This document shows, piece by piece, positions 39,152-48,001 of a DNA stretch of 64,000 bases; within the stretch, counting starts at the first letter, position 1; every line of letters starts with the position of its first letter. The translations under genes and the position numbers were made by a program. The notes beneath the pieces were generated by a model that saw only the letters and a list, made by a program, of their open reading frames with translations, was not told the origin of the DNA and made no database searches. Source of the DNA: Clostridiales bacterium DTU033 (GTDB taxonomy: Bacteria > Bacillota > Clostridia > Oscillospirales > Acutalibacteraceae); NCBI GenBank assembly GCA_001513365.1, contig LFTH01000097.1, forward strand, positions 7,742 through 71,741. Direction: 5' to 3'.

Positions 39152-40351
39152 TTAATCTACAAGCTTTGGGTTTTCAATAATCTTCCACGGAAGCCCCCAT
39201 TTATTCAGCTCTTCCATAAACGGGTCGGGGTCGAATTCCTCGATATTATAAACCCCGGCTTTATCCCATTTTTTTGTAATCAGCATCATCGCGCCAATCA
39301 TCGCGGGCACTCCGGTTGTATAGGAGACCGCCTGTGCGCCGACTTCCCTGTAACACTCCTGATGGTCGCAGACGTTGTAGATATAGTAACTGCGCTCTTT
39401 TCCGTCCTTGACCCCCTTGAATATACAGCCGATATTGGTTTTTCCGCGCGTGCGCGGCCCCAGGCTTGCCGGGTCCGGCAGAACGGCCTTGAGGAATTGC
39501 AGCGGGACAATCGGCCTGCCCTCGAACATTATCGGCTCAATTGAAGTCATGCCGACGTTTTGGAGGCACCTTAAATGCGTAAGATAGCTCTCGCCGAACG
39601 TCATGAAAAAGCGGATTCTGCGCAGCCCGCGGATATTTTTGGAAAGGGATTCGAGCTCCTCGTGGTACAGCAGGTACATATCACGTTCGCCGACTTCGGG
39701 AAAATCATACACTCTCTTTACTTCCATCGGTTTTGTCTCAACCCATTCGCCGTTTTCCCAGTACCTGCCGTTGGCGGTAACTTCGCGGATGTTGATTTCG
39801 GGGTTGAAGTTTGTCGCGAACGGATAACCGTGGTCTCCCGCGTTGCAGTCAAGAATGTCAATTTCGTGGATTTCGTCAAACAGGTGTTTTTGCGCGTACG
39901 CCGAGAACACTCCGGTAACGCCGGGGTCAAAACCGCTGCCCAGCAGCGCGGTAATGCCCGCTTCTTTATATTTGTCGCGGTATGCCCACTGCCATTTATA
40001 CTCGAATTTTGCGGTGTCCGGCGGCTCGTAGTTTGCCGTATCAAGGTAATTGGTCCTTGTCGCAAGGCACGCATCCATAATGGTAAGGTCCTGATAAGGC
40101 AGCGCAAGGTTCAGCACCACATCAGGCTTAAAGCTCTCAATCAGCGGAATAAGCTCATCCACTTTGTCGGCGTCCACCTGCGCGGTATATACCTTTGTCC
40201 TGCCGCCGTCCAGCTTTTGCTTTAAGGCGTCGCATTTGCTCTTTGTGCGGCTGGCTATCATAATCTCGTCAAAGACATCGCTGTTCTGGCAGCACTTGTG
40301 AGCGGCAACACTGCCGACTCCGCCGCAGCCGATAATCAAGGCTCTACCCAT
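39152..40351 (-). CDS. carboxynorspermidine/carboxyspermidine dehydrogenase (saccharopine dehydrogenase family)
   Basis: 399 aa with Rossmann motif IIGCGGVGS. Length and context match CANSDH/CASDH. Confidence 0.78.
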   Translation of the reverse strand: MGRALIIGCGGVGSVAAHKCCQNSDVFDEIMIASRTKSKCDALKQKLDGGRTKVYTAQVDADKVDELIPLIESFKPDVVLNLALPYQDLTIMDACLATRTNYLDTANYEPPDTAKFEYKWQWAYRDKYKEAGITALLGSGFDPGVTGVFSAYAQKHLFDEIHEIDILDCNAGDHGYPFATNFNPEINIREVTANGRYWENGEWVETKPMEVKRVYDFPEVGERDMYLLYHEELESLSKNIRGLRRIRFFMTFGESYLTHLRCLQNVGMTSIEPIMFEGRPIVPLQFLKAVLPDPASLGPRTRGKTNIGCIFKGVKDGKERSYYIYNVCDHQECYREVGAQAVSYTTGVPAMIGAMMLITKKWDKAGVYNIEEFDPDPFMEELNKWGLPWKIIENPKLVD

Positions 40352-40376
40352 TTTATACCCTCCAGATTATTTGAGT

Positions 40377-41240
40377 TTATCGTTTGCCCAATGACAACAG
40401 CAGTTCCCGCATTACCTTGCAGGCGACGGCGGTGGAAGCCCCGCTGCTGTCATAAACAGGGCAGAGCTCGTTCACGTCGCAGCCCACAATATTCAGCCGG
40501 CTGACCTGCCGTATCGCGTCAAGCAGTTCGGTAAACCCTACTCCGCCGGCTTCCGGGGTGCCTGTGCCGGGAAAAACTGACGGGTCAAGTATATCCAAAT
40601 CTATGGTCAGATAAACCGGCTTTCCTGAAAGTTTGTTTACTGCGTCTTCAAGCCCGCTAAAGTCGAATTTTGTCGTATAAACGTGTTTTTTGGCCCACAG
40701 GAACTCGGATTTATCCCCGGACCTTATCCCGAACTGGTATATCCTTCCGTCCCCCACCAATTCCCACGCCCGCCGGATTACGGTGGCATGGGACAGTTTT
40801 GCGCCGAGGTATTCATCGCGGGTATCGGCGTGGGCGTCAAAATCTATAATGTGAAGCTGGTCATATACTTTCGCCGCGGCGCGGACGGCGCCGAGGGTAA
40901 CAAGATGTTCCCCGCCGACCATTACCGGAAGCTTTTCGTCCTTTAGAACTCTCAAAGTAAATTCTTCAATTCTTTCCAGAACGGGAACGGGGTCTCCAAA
41001 CCCAAGCTCCAAATCCCCGGCGTCGAAAACCCTGATTTCGGATAAATCGCAATCCTGATAAGGGCTGTAAGTCTCAATGCCGAAAGACTCTGAACGCACA
41101 GCGTTGCAGGCGAAACGAGCGCCCGGCCTGAAAGAGGCGGTGCAGTCGTATGGCGCGCCGAAAAGCACGATATCCGCATTTGAGTATTCGGCGTCGCAGC
41201 CGATAAAAGTCTGTATGTTCCTATTCAACGCCCTCAACAT
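40377..41240 (-). CDS. speB: agmatinase
   Basis: Ureohydrolase Mn motifs DFDAHADT, GGEHLVT and DLDILDP. Start uncertain: ATG 41240, TTG 41246, or the ORF opening at 41348. Overlaps the speE 3' end. Confidence 0.87.
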   Translation of the reverse strand: MLRALNRNIQTFIGCDAEYSNADIVLFGAPYDCTASFRPGARFACNAVRSESFGIETYSPYQDCDLSEIRVFDAGDLELGFGDPVPVLERIEEFTLRVLKDEKLPVMVGGEHLVTLGAVRAAAKVYDQLHIIDFDAHADTRDEYLGAKLSHATVIRRAWELVGDGRIYQFGIRSGDKSEFLWAKKHVYTTKFDFSGLEDAVNKLSGKPVYLTIDLDILDPSVFPGTGTPEAGGVGFTELLDAIRQVSRLNIVGCDVNELCPVYDSSGASTAVACKVMRELLLSLGKR

Positions 41241-42081
41241 CCTCAAGCAGTTCTTCCACATAATTTGGCAGCGCAAAACATCCGATATGAAGCTGGGTGT
41301 TGTAGTACCGGGTGTTGATGCCCAGACTGCGCCAGCGTTTGGGGTCAAAATCCCTTATCGGGTGGTATTTTTTTGAAGCAAACCCGAACAGCCAGTGCCC
41401 TGACGGATATGACGGGATATGCGCCTGATATACCCGGCTTATCGGAAACGACTGGACAATCCGCTTGTGTATCCGCTGGGTCGCTACCGCGTCAGCCGCA
41501 TAAAAAGGGCTTTCATGCTGGTTTACCAATATACCGTTCTCTTTCAATGCCTTGAAACAGTTGCCGTAGAACTCCTTTGTAAACAGACCCTCGCCGGGCC
41601 CGAACGGGTCGGTGGAATCCACGATTATAATGTCGTATTCGTCGCTGCACTTGCGGATAAACTTCATCCCGTCCAGAATATGGATGTTAACCCTCTCGTC
41701 GTCAAAACCGCAGGCGGTCTGCGGAAGGAATTCCCTGCATACTTTTATTACAAGCTCGTCAATGTCGACAATATCAATATGCTCAACAAAGGGATACCGC
41801 GTCAGTTCCCGCAAAACCCCGCCGTCCCCTGCCCCGATTACCAGAACCCGCCTGGGGTTGGGGTGTACCGCCATCGCAGGGTGCACTATCATTTCATGGT
41901 AAATGAATTCGTCTTTTTCAGTCATCATCAGGTAGCCGTCAATCACCAGAAAACGGCCGAACTCCTGCGATTCCAGCACATCAATCCGCTGAAACTCGCT
42001 TTTTCCGCTGTAAAGCTGTCTGTCGACCTTGATTAAAAATTTGGCGTGCGGAGTGTGTATTTCAGAATACCACAGTTCCAA
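41221..42081 (-). CDS. speE: spermidine synthase (aminopropyltransferase)
   Basis: 286 aa. GRFLVIDG, VLVIGAGDGG and DSTDP. Confidence 0.92.
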   Translation of the reverse strand: MELWYSEIHTPHAKFLIKVDRQLYSGKSEFQRIDVLESQEFGRFLVIDGYLMMTEKDEFIYHEMIVHPAMAVHPNPRRVLVIGAGDGGVLRELTRYPFVEHIDIVDIDELVIKVCREFLPQTACGFDDERVNIHILDGMKFIRKCSDEYDIIIVDSTDPFGPGEGLFTKEFYGNCFKALKENGILVNQHESPFYAADAVATQRIHKRIVQSFPISRVYQAHIPSYPSGHWLFGFASKKYHPIRDFDPKRWRSLGINTRYYNTQLHIGCFALPNYVEELLEDVEGVE

Positions 42082-42107
42082 TTCTCTACCTCCGGCTTTT
42101 TTCTATA

Positions 42108-43559
42108 TTATAACCTGACAACCTTTATTGTTTCAACCTCAAGGTCTTCAGTGCCTGTGAGGAAGCAGCCTTTTTCCTTTGAGTATTCGATATAATCAAT
42201 GATTTCGCCGGTTATCTCCTCGCCCGGCGCGAGGATTGGTATGCCGGGTGGGTAGCTCATCACGAACTCCCCGCTTATCCTGCCGCCGCTTCGACTTATC
42301 GGCAGGGACTCCTTTTCTGAGTAAAAAGCGGTCTTGGGAGGGATTACGACACGGGGATTGATATATTCATGCTTAATCATTCCCGTTTTATCCCGCTTGT
42401 AGATCCTTGCGATTTCGGAAAGCGCGCCGACCAGTCTTTCGATGTCCTTGTAGCTGTCCCCTACCGAAATGTATGCGAGTATGTTGCTTAAATCCCCGAA
42501 TTCAATCTGTATGTCGTATTCGTCTCGCAGTATGTCGTATACCTCAATCCCGGCAAGCCCCAAATCAAGGGTGTATACCGACAGCTTTGAAATATCAAAA
42601 TCAAATATCGTGTCGCCGTTTATAATCTCGCGGCTGTACGCGTAATACCCTCCGAGATTGTTGATTTCGTCCCTTGCGTACTGCGCCATCTCCTTGACCT
42701 TTTCAAAAATGGTCTCGCCCTCGGTAGCCAGCCTTTTGCGGGACAAATCGAGGCTGCTAAGAAGCAGGTACGACGCGCTGGTGGTCTGGGTAAGGTTAAT
42801 AATCGAGCGCACTGCGTCCTTGTTAATGCCGCTGCCGACAAGCAGAAACGAGCTTTGGGTCAGCGAGCCGCCGGATTTGTGCATGCTGACCGAGGCCATG
42901 TCGGCGCCGGCCGCCATTCCGCTTACCGGCATGTCCTTTCCGAAATAAAAATGAGTACCGTGCGCCTCGTCCACAAGTACCTTCATTCCCCGCTCATGCG
43001 CGAGCCTTGTTATTTCTTTTATATTTGAGCAAATCCCGTAATAAGTCGGGTTGTTGACAAAAACCGCTTTTGCGTCGGGGTTTTCATCAATCGCTTTTTT
43101 ATAGTCCTCGATAGACATGCCGAGCGAAATGCCCAGCTTGTAATCCAGCGCCGGGTTTACATACACCGGCACGGCGCCGCAGAGAATCAGCGCGTTGATG
43201 GCGCTGCGGTGGACATTGCGTGGCAGGATGATTTTATCCCCATGTTTGCAGACCGACAATATCATCGCCTGCACGCAGGACGTGGTGCCGCCGACCATTA
43301 AAAAAGCATAGCCGGCTCCGAACGCCTGCGCCGCCAGTTCCTCCGCCTCGCGGATTACCGAACTGGGATGGCTTAAATTGTCCAGCGGCTTCATTGAATT
43401 GACGTCAACCGACATGCACCGTTCGCCTAAAAACTCGGTTAACTCCCTGTTCCCCCTGCCGCGCTTGTGGCCTGGCACGTCAAACGGAACCACCCGGATA
43501 TTCCTGAGATTCTCCAGCGCCTCCGCAATTGGCGCCCTGTTCTGTGATAAGACCTCCAC
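42108..43559 (-). CDS. speA: Orn/Lys/Arg decarboxylase family enzyme, B. subtilis SpeA-like arginine decarboxylase
   Basis: 483 aa. FDVPGHKRG and PLP Lys in SMHKSGGS. Substrate is inferred from operon context. Confidence 0.78.
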   Translation of the reverse strand: MEVLSQNRAPIAEALENLRNIRVVPFDVPGHKRGRGNRELTEFLGERCMSVDVNSMKPLDNLSHPSSVIREAEELAAQAFGAGYAFLMVGGTTSCVQAMILSVCKHGDKIILPRNVHRSAINALILCGAVPVYVNPALDYKLGISLGMSIEDYKKAIDENPDAKAVFVNNPTYYGICSNIKEITRLAHERGMKVLVDEAHGTHFYFGKDMPVSGMAAGADMASVSMHKSGGSLTQSSFLLVGSGINKDAVRSIINLTQTTSASYLLLSSLDLSRKRLATEGETIFEKVKEMAQYARDEINNLGGYYAYSREIINGDTIFDFDISKLSVYTLDLGLAGIEVYDILRDEYDIQIEFGDLSNILAYISVGDSYKDIERLVGALSEIARIYKRDKTGMIKHEYINPRVVIPPKTAFYSEKESLPISRSGGRISGEFVMSYPPGIPILAPGEEITGEIIDYIEYSKEKGCFLTGTEDLEVETIKVVRL

Positions 43560-43603
43560 GACGCACCAGCCCTTTCCGCGCCCAAAATTCTAAAGCTGAT
43601 CAG

Positions 43604-44386
43604 TCAATAAATGTTTGTGCCGCTGAAAATCTCCAGCATTTCCTGACGAAGGCTGTTGGTGATTTGAAGCCTTGTTTTAGGGGGTATCTCGTAAACGTCA
43701 GTATTAAACAAATAGTTTTTGAGGTCTACTTCCTTAATCATCATTTTGGTATGGAATATATTGCTCTGGTATACGTTTATATCAATGGCGTCGTATTTTT
43801 CAAGAATAGACTTGTCGATATAATCCTGAATTGATATCATGGGATGGTCGATAAACACTTTCCTGCCGCTGATGTCGCGGGTAAAGCCGCGGACACGGTA
43901 ATCCATGGTTATGATATCTGAATCAAAGCTGCCGATAAGGTAATCCAGAGTGCTCAGCGGGGTTATCTCCCCGCAGGTGGACACGTCAATGTCGACCCGA
44001 AATGTGGCGATGCTTTTTTCGGGATGGAATTCGGGATAGGTGTGGACGGTAACGTGGCTTTTGTCAAGATGGGCAACCACGGCGTCAGGCGCAAGTATTT
44101 TATCCTGATTGATTGAGCCCAGCAGGTTTTCCTCGGCAATTAGGAAGGTAACGCTCGCGCCCTGAGGCTCGTAATCTTGCTTTGAGACGCTCAGCACGTG
44201 GGCGCCAATCATCTCGGTCAGGTTATATAAAATATTTGTCAGCCTTTCGGAATTATACTGCTCGTCAATATACGCAATATAATCCTTCTGTTCACGTTCG
44301 GTCTTAGCGTAACAAATATCGTATATATTAAAACTCAAGGATTTGGTTAGGTTGTTGAACCCATACAGCTTCAGTTTGTTTCCCAT
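43604..44386 (-). CDS. speD: S-adenosylmethionine decarboxylase proenzyme (E. coli type)
   Basis: KLKLYGFNNLTKSLSFNIYDICYAK and self-cleavage site HLDKSHVTVHTYPE, closely parallel to E. coli SpeD. ATG 44386 has GAAAGGA 9 nt upstream. Confidence 0.9.
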   Translation of the reverse strand: MGNKLKLYGFNNLTKSLSFNIYDICYAKTEREQKDYIAYIDEQYNSERLTNILYNLTEMIGAHVLSVSKQDYEPQGASVTFLIAEENLLGSINQDKILAPDAVVAHLDKSHVTVHTYPEFHPEKSIATFRVDIDVSTCGEITPLSTLDYLIGSFDSDIITMDYRVRGFTRDISGRKVFIDHPMISIQDYIDKSILEKYDAIDINVYQSNIFHTKMMIKEVDLKNYLFNTDVYEIPPKTRLQITNSLRQEMLEIFSGTNIY

Positions 44387-44841
44387 GACCATTAATCCTT
44401 TCATAAAAGCTATTTCGGCAGCCCGATAGTTTAATAAAAAACCCAAGTGAAAAATGGCTACTTACCACAAATCACTTGAGTACGTTCTCAGTGTGCATTT
44501 TTGATGAGTTACCTCATCGCCTTCAATTTCACAATGCAGAGTGTCAGAGTCTATATAGCAAGAACCTTACTTTTACTACTCTTATTGACCGTTTCACAAG
44601 TGTTGTGTAAGATTACACCCGGATATTAGTGATTAACTTTTCAGATTAACCTCAATCAATAATGCAGCGAAAGCTGCGGTTCGGCTGCTGACCCGGCTGT
44701 CCGTATGGCCTTAATTCCAAAACTGGAATGGTCAATTTTTCTTGCAACAGTTACCTGATTGGATTTGGTAACTATTATGCGATATCGGATAAAATAATCG
44801 CATTATGATTAGACCTCTGAACTCAATGAGGCAACATAAGG
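44387..44841 (-). promoter_or_regulatory. long 5' leader of the polyamine operon (candidate cis-regulatory RNA)
   Basis: No ORF of 60 aa or more. Lies between a near-consensus promoter and the speD ATG. Contains several hairpins and an intrinsic terminator. Confidence 0.5.
44436..44480 (-). terminator. intrinsic terminator inside the speD leader (attenuator-like)
   Basis: - strand ctcaagtga (44480-44472) pairs with tcacttggg (44450-44442). 9 bp including one G-U pair, 21-nt loop, then tttttt (44441-44436), about 50 nt before the speD ATG. Confidence 0.55.
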
Positions 44842-44870
44842 AGTATACTATTCAATATCGGGGTTGTCAA
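44842..44870 (-). promoter_or_regulatory. promoter of the polyamine operon
   Basis: - strand TTGACA (44870-44865), 17 nt, TATACT (44847-44842), preceded by an A-rich tract. Confidence 0.6.
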
Positions 44871-44945
44871 TACATTTTTTATATTTTGTTTGCCCCGCTG
44901 ATTAAGGCGCGAAATCAGTGAAAAAACTCGGAAAAAAACGGCTGA

Positions 44946-45452
44946 TTACCGATATGGGCGGCACGTTTCAACGACCTCCTTAACCAGCATCCACTCTTTG
45001 AGTTTTTTGTCAAAACCGACGGCGTGCGCGGGGCTGGTTGATGGCAGGGTGTATTTTTTGAGTCCTTCAAACACATCGGGTTTAACAAGCCTTTTATAGA
45101 ATATTCCGGCATTCTTTGAGTTAAAAAAAACCGCTTCCAGTTCCGGACATCTGTGTAAAAGATATGCAAAATCATTGGCAACCGGTCTTTTTATGCCTTC
45201 GTCTGCGCTGCCCTGTCTTTCGCAGGCGGATATGACATCCCAAAGTGCAATACGTTTTTCTTTCAGAAACTCAACTCGTTTTTGATAGTCGTCGGGCGCC
45301 TTTTTGTCCCAAAGAGCGAATATTATCGGCCAGAATTTGTTTTGGGGATGTCCGTAATATTGGAGGCGCTCAAGGGAGGCTGCAGACGGCATGGTACCCA
45401 GAATAAGCACGCGCGCGTCCGGCTCGGCAATCGGCGGAAACCCTTGAATCAT
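44946..45452 (-). CDS. uracil-DNA glycosylase superfamily protein, hypoxanthine/deoxyinosine DNA glycosylase-like
   Basis: ARVLILGTMPSAASL ... QYYGHPQNKFW is typical of that UDG family. ATG 45452; the ORF opens at TTG 45473. Confidence 0.65.
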   Translation of the reverse strand: MIQGFPPIAEPDARVLILGTMPSAASLERLQYYGHPQNKFWPIIFALWDKKAPDDYQKRVEFLKEKRIALWDVISACERQGSADEGIKRPVANDFAYLLHRCPELEAVFFNSKNAGIFYKRLVKPDVFEGLKKYTLPSTSPAHAVGFDKKLKEWMLVKEVVETCRPYR

Positions 45453-45636
45453 CGGCAAAAACAACCCTTCCAAGATTTCAATGCGCCGAGGTTTGAGATG
45501 GACCTGTTCGCATATGCAGGGTTGACCCCGAATAAGATTTAAAGTAATATTATAAGATGGTATCAGGTCTATAAATATGATATCATAAACGCGGCGATTT
45601 ACGATACTGAAATATCAGAATTAGAATGGAACGGAC

Positions 45637-46284
45637 ATGGAAAAAAGGGAAAGAATCAGAAAAATAATTGAAATCCTGAAGGACAGATACCCCGACCCAA
45701 AATGCTCACTTGAATACAGCGACCCTTTTCAACTGCTTGTCGCGACCAGGCTTGCCGCCCAGTGCACAGACGCCAGGGTGAACATGATTACCCCCGCGCT
45801 GTTTGAGCGCTACCCGGCAATAGAGGATTTCGCGAACGCGGAATTGAGCGAGCTTGAACAGCTTATCCACTCCTGCGGTTTGTACAGGACAAAGGCAAGG
45901 GACATAAAAGCTATGGCAAAAATGATTATCGGGGTGTACGGCGGCGTAATCCCCGACACTATCGAGGAACTGACAAAACTGCCGGGTGTCGGCCGCAAAA
46001 CCGCCAACCTGATAGTCGGGGACGTATACGGCAAGCCCGCCGTAGTCGCCGACACTCATTGTATCAGGATTTCCAACCGTTTGGGGCTGTGCAGCACCAA
46101 AAACCCGTATAAGGTGGAAAAGCAACTGCGCAAAATCCTCCCTCCGGAAGAAAGCAACGATTTTTGCCACAGGCTGGTGCTGTTTGGAAGGGAAATCTGC
46201 TCCGCCCGCTCCCCGCGCTGTGAAATATGCCCTTTGGCGGATTATTGCCCAAGCAATTGCCTGCTGTCCGGTAAGGCGGTCTGA
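45637..46284 (+). CDS. nth: endonuclease III
   Basis: HhH LPGVGRKTANLI and a C-terminal 4Fe-4S cluster Cx6Cx2Cx5C (CSARSPRCEICPLADYC). Confidence 0.93.
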   Translation: MEKRERIRKIIEILKDRYPDPKCSLEYSDPFQLLVATRLAAQCTDARVNMITPALFERYPAIEDFANAELSELEQLIHSCGLYRTKARDIKAMAKMIIGVYGGVIPDTIEELTKLPGVGRKTANLIVGDVYGKPAVVADTHCIRISNRLGLCSTKNPYKVEKQLRKILPPEESNDFCHRLVLFGREICSARSPRCEICPLADYCPSNCLLSGKAV

Positions 46285-46286
46285 CA

Positions 46287-46709
46287 TCAGTCGCGCGCGG
46301 TTTTATTGCCCCCAAAACTCGCAATGCAGAAACGGTAAACCGGCAGCGCGATTAAACTGAGCGCTCCCCAAAGTATGCTGTAAAGTAAACATACTTGCCC
46401 CTTTATATTCAGCATCATGCCGCTGTAATCCCATACGTTCATTTTAAGACGCATATTGAGCAGGTATCCGCTGGCAAACTCCACAGCCGTTACCGCCAAG
46501 GCGCACAGTGCGCAGCGAATAACCATCCCCTTTCTGCATAAGCTGTGAATTCTGCCTATGATATTAAAACATATCCCGCCGACTATGAACATTGACCAAT
46601 GGGTATACCCCCTCCACAGAAGCTCAAGCAGATTGTAAAGCGCTCCGCCAATACAGAAAAGTGAAAACTCACAGCCAAACTTTTTTGCCGCGAAATTCCT
46701 GCGGTTCAT
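46287..46709 (-). CDS. small polytopic membrane protein ('putative ABC-transporter type IV' / PF06541-like, from memory)
   Basis: 140 aa, 4 predicted TM segments, ELLWRGYTHWSM motif. Confidence 0.55.
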   Translation of the reverse strand: MNRRNFAAKKFGCEFSLFCIGGALYNLLELLWRGYTHWSMFIVGGICFNIIGRIHSLCRKGMVIRCALCALAVTAVEFASGYLLNMRLKMNVWDYSGMMLNIKGQVCLLYSILWGALSLIALPVYRFCIASFGGNKTARD

Positions 46710-46809
46710 TTAAGTTTTGCCCCCAATATTCCGATATTCTAATATAGAATACCCTGAGGCTTTTCGAAGAAACCGAGTAATTTCTCCCAATGGAATACGG
46801 AGGATAAAG

Positions 46810-47511
46810 ATGGCAGCAAACCCCGTCAAACCGGTTGTTATAAAAAATGTTGACAAATCGGGCAGAACGCGCGGGCAGGCCTATGTATTAAATTATTCAA
46901 AGCTGTTTTGGGTGTTCATATTCGGGTGTGTTGTCGGGGTGGCCGTCGAAACGCTGTGGTGCATTCTTACCCTGCGCAGAATAGAAAGCCGCGCCGGGGT
47001 GATATACGGGCCTTTCAATCCGGTTTACGGTTTTGGCGCCGTCCTGCTTACAACCGTCTTAAAAAGGCTTTGCGATAAAAGGGATTTATGGGTCTTTTTA
47101 GGAGGCATGGTTATCGGGGGCGGGTTCGAATACCTGTGCAGTTTTCTGCAGGAATTGGTATTCGGCACCGTCTCGTGGGAATACAGCGGCACGCAGTTTA
47201 ACTTTAACGGGCGGACAAATCTTATGTATTCGTTTTTCTGGGGCCTTCTCGGCCTTGTATGGGTAAAAGAGGTTTTCCCACGGATTTCGCTGCTGGTTGA
47301 CCGTATACCCAAAAGCTTTAACAAATGCCTTATTGTTGCCCTGACTGTGTTCATGTCTTTTAACATGATTGTTACCGCGTTTGCTATCGGCAGGCAAAGC
47401 CAGCGCAGGTTATCACTTCCGGCGGACAGCAGAATTGACCGGTTTCTCGACAAGCACTACCCTGACGAGTTCCTCAAACGCAAATTCCCGAATATGAAGG
47501 CTGTGGAATAA
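46810..47511 (+). CDS. polytopic membrane protein of the same PF06541-like family
   Basis: GVIYGPFNPVYGFGAVLL and EYSGTQFNFNGRTNL. ATG 46810 preceded by GGAGG. The ORF opens at TTG 46717. Confidence 0.6.
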   Translation: MAANPVKPVVIKNVDKSGRTRGQAYVLNYSKLFWVFIFGCVVGVAVETLWCILTLRRIESRAGVIYGPFNPVYGFGAVLLTTVLKRLCDKRDLWVFLGGMVIGGGFEYLCSFLQELVFGTVSWEYSGTQFNFNGRTNLMYSFFWGLLGLVWVKEVFPRISLLVDRIPKSFNKCLIVALTVFMSFNMIVTAFAIGRQSQRRLSLPADSRIDRFLDKHYPDEFLKRKFPNMKAVE

Positions 47512-47535
47512 ATCGTTTGACAGGGGGGCTTTTAT

Positions 47536-47937
47536 GTGATTCACACCATATTAAATTTTGTCAACAAAGCCGGCGCGGCCTCCCCGGTTGCACCTTCGGA
47601 AAGCGCCGAAACCAAAAAAGCATTGAAAGCCATAACCGGACTGAGCAAAATCACCGATAACCTGAATATCAGCGAGCAGGCAAGGACCGCCATGATTTTT
47701 AACGCCGTTTCCGCTTCCGCCGGAGCCAAAATCAGGGTGGATTCCGAGACTCATGACCCTTCAAAGAAAAAGGAGAGAATTAAAGAAGAACCACATAATG
47801 AAAACGAAAGCGGCGGAAAACATTTTAACAGCGGCAGGGACGGGCAGCAAAGCCGCGCGCCGGCAAAAAAACAGGACGCGGGCAAGCCCGCAAGACCTCC
47901 CGGCGGCAAAGGCAACATAATCGACATTCTGGTATAG
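47536..47937 (+). CDS. hypothetical protein with basic, low-complexity C-terminal half
   Basis: 133 aa. GTG start 7 nt after AGGGGGG, and a strong terminator follows. No family recognised. Confidence 0.45.
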   Translation: MIHTILNFVNKAGAASPVAPSESAETKKALKAITGLSKITDNLNISEQARTAMIFNAVSASAGAKIRVDSETHDPSKKKERIKEEPHNENESGGKHFNSGRDGQQSRAPAKKQDAGKPARPPGGKGNIIDILV

Positions 47938-47971
47938 CAAAAGCCTAAACACTTCCCCCACTCCCCTATTC

Positions 47972-48001
47972 CCTATTGCATACTTTGCAATAGGTTTTTT
48001 T
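47972..48001 (+). terminator. intrinsic terminator
   Basis: 9-bp stem cctattgca/tgcaatagg, 5-nt loop, then 7 T. Confidence 0.75.

Noticed and set aside
44387-44841. Identity of the speD leader with known classes (SAM-I, T-box, lysine, ykkC/guanidine)
   Set aside because: I could not find their conserved cores by eye. This is not equivalent to a covariance-model search.
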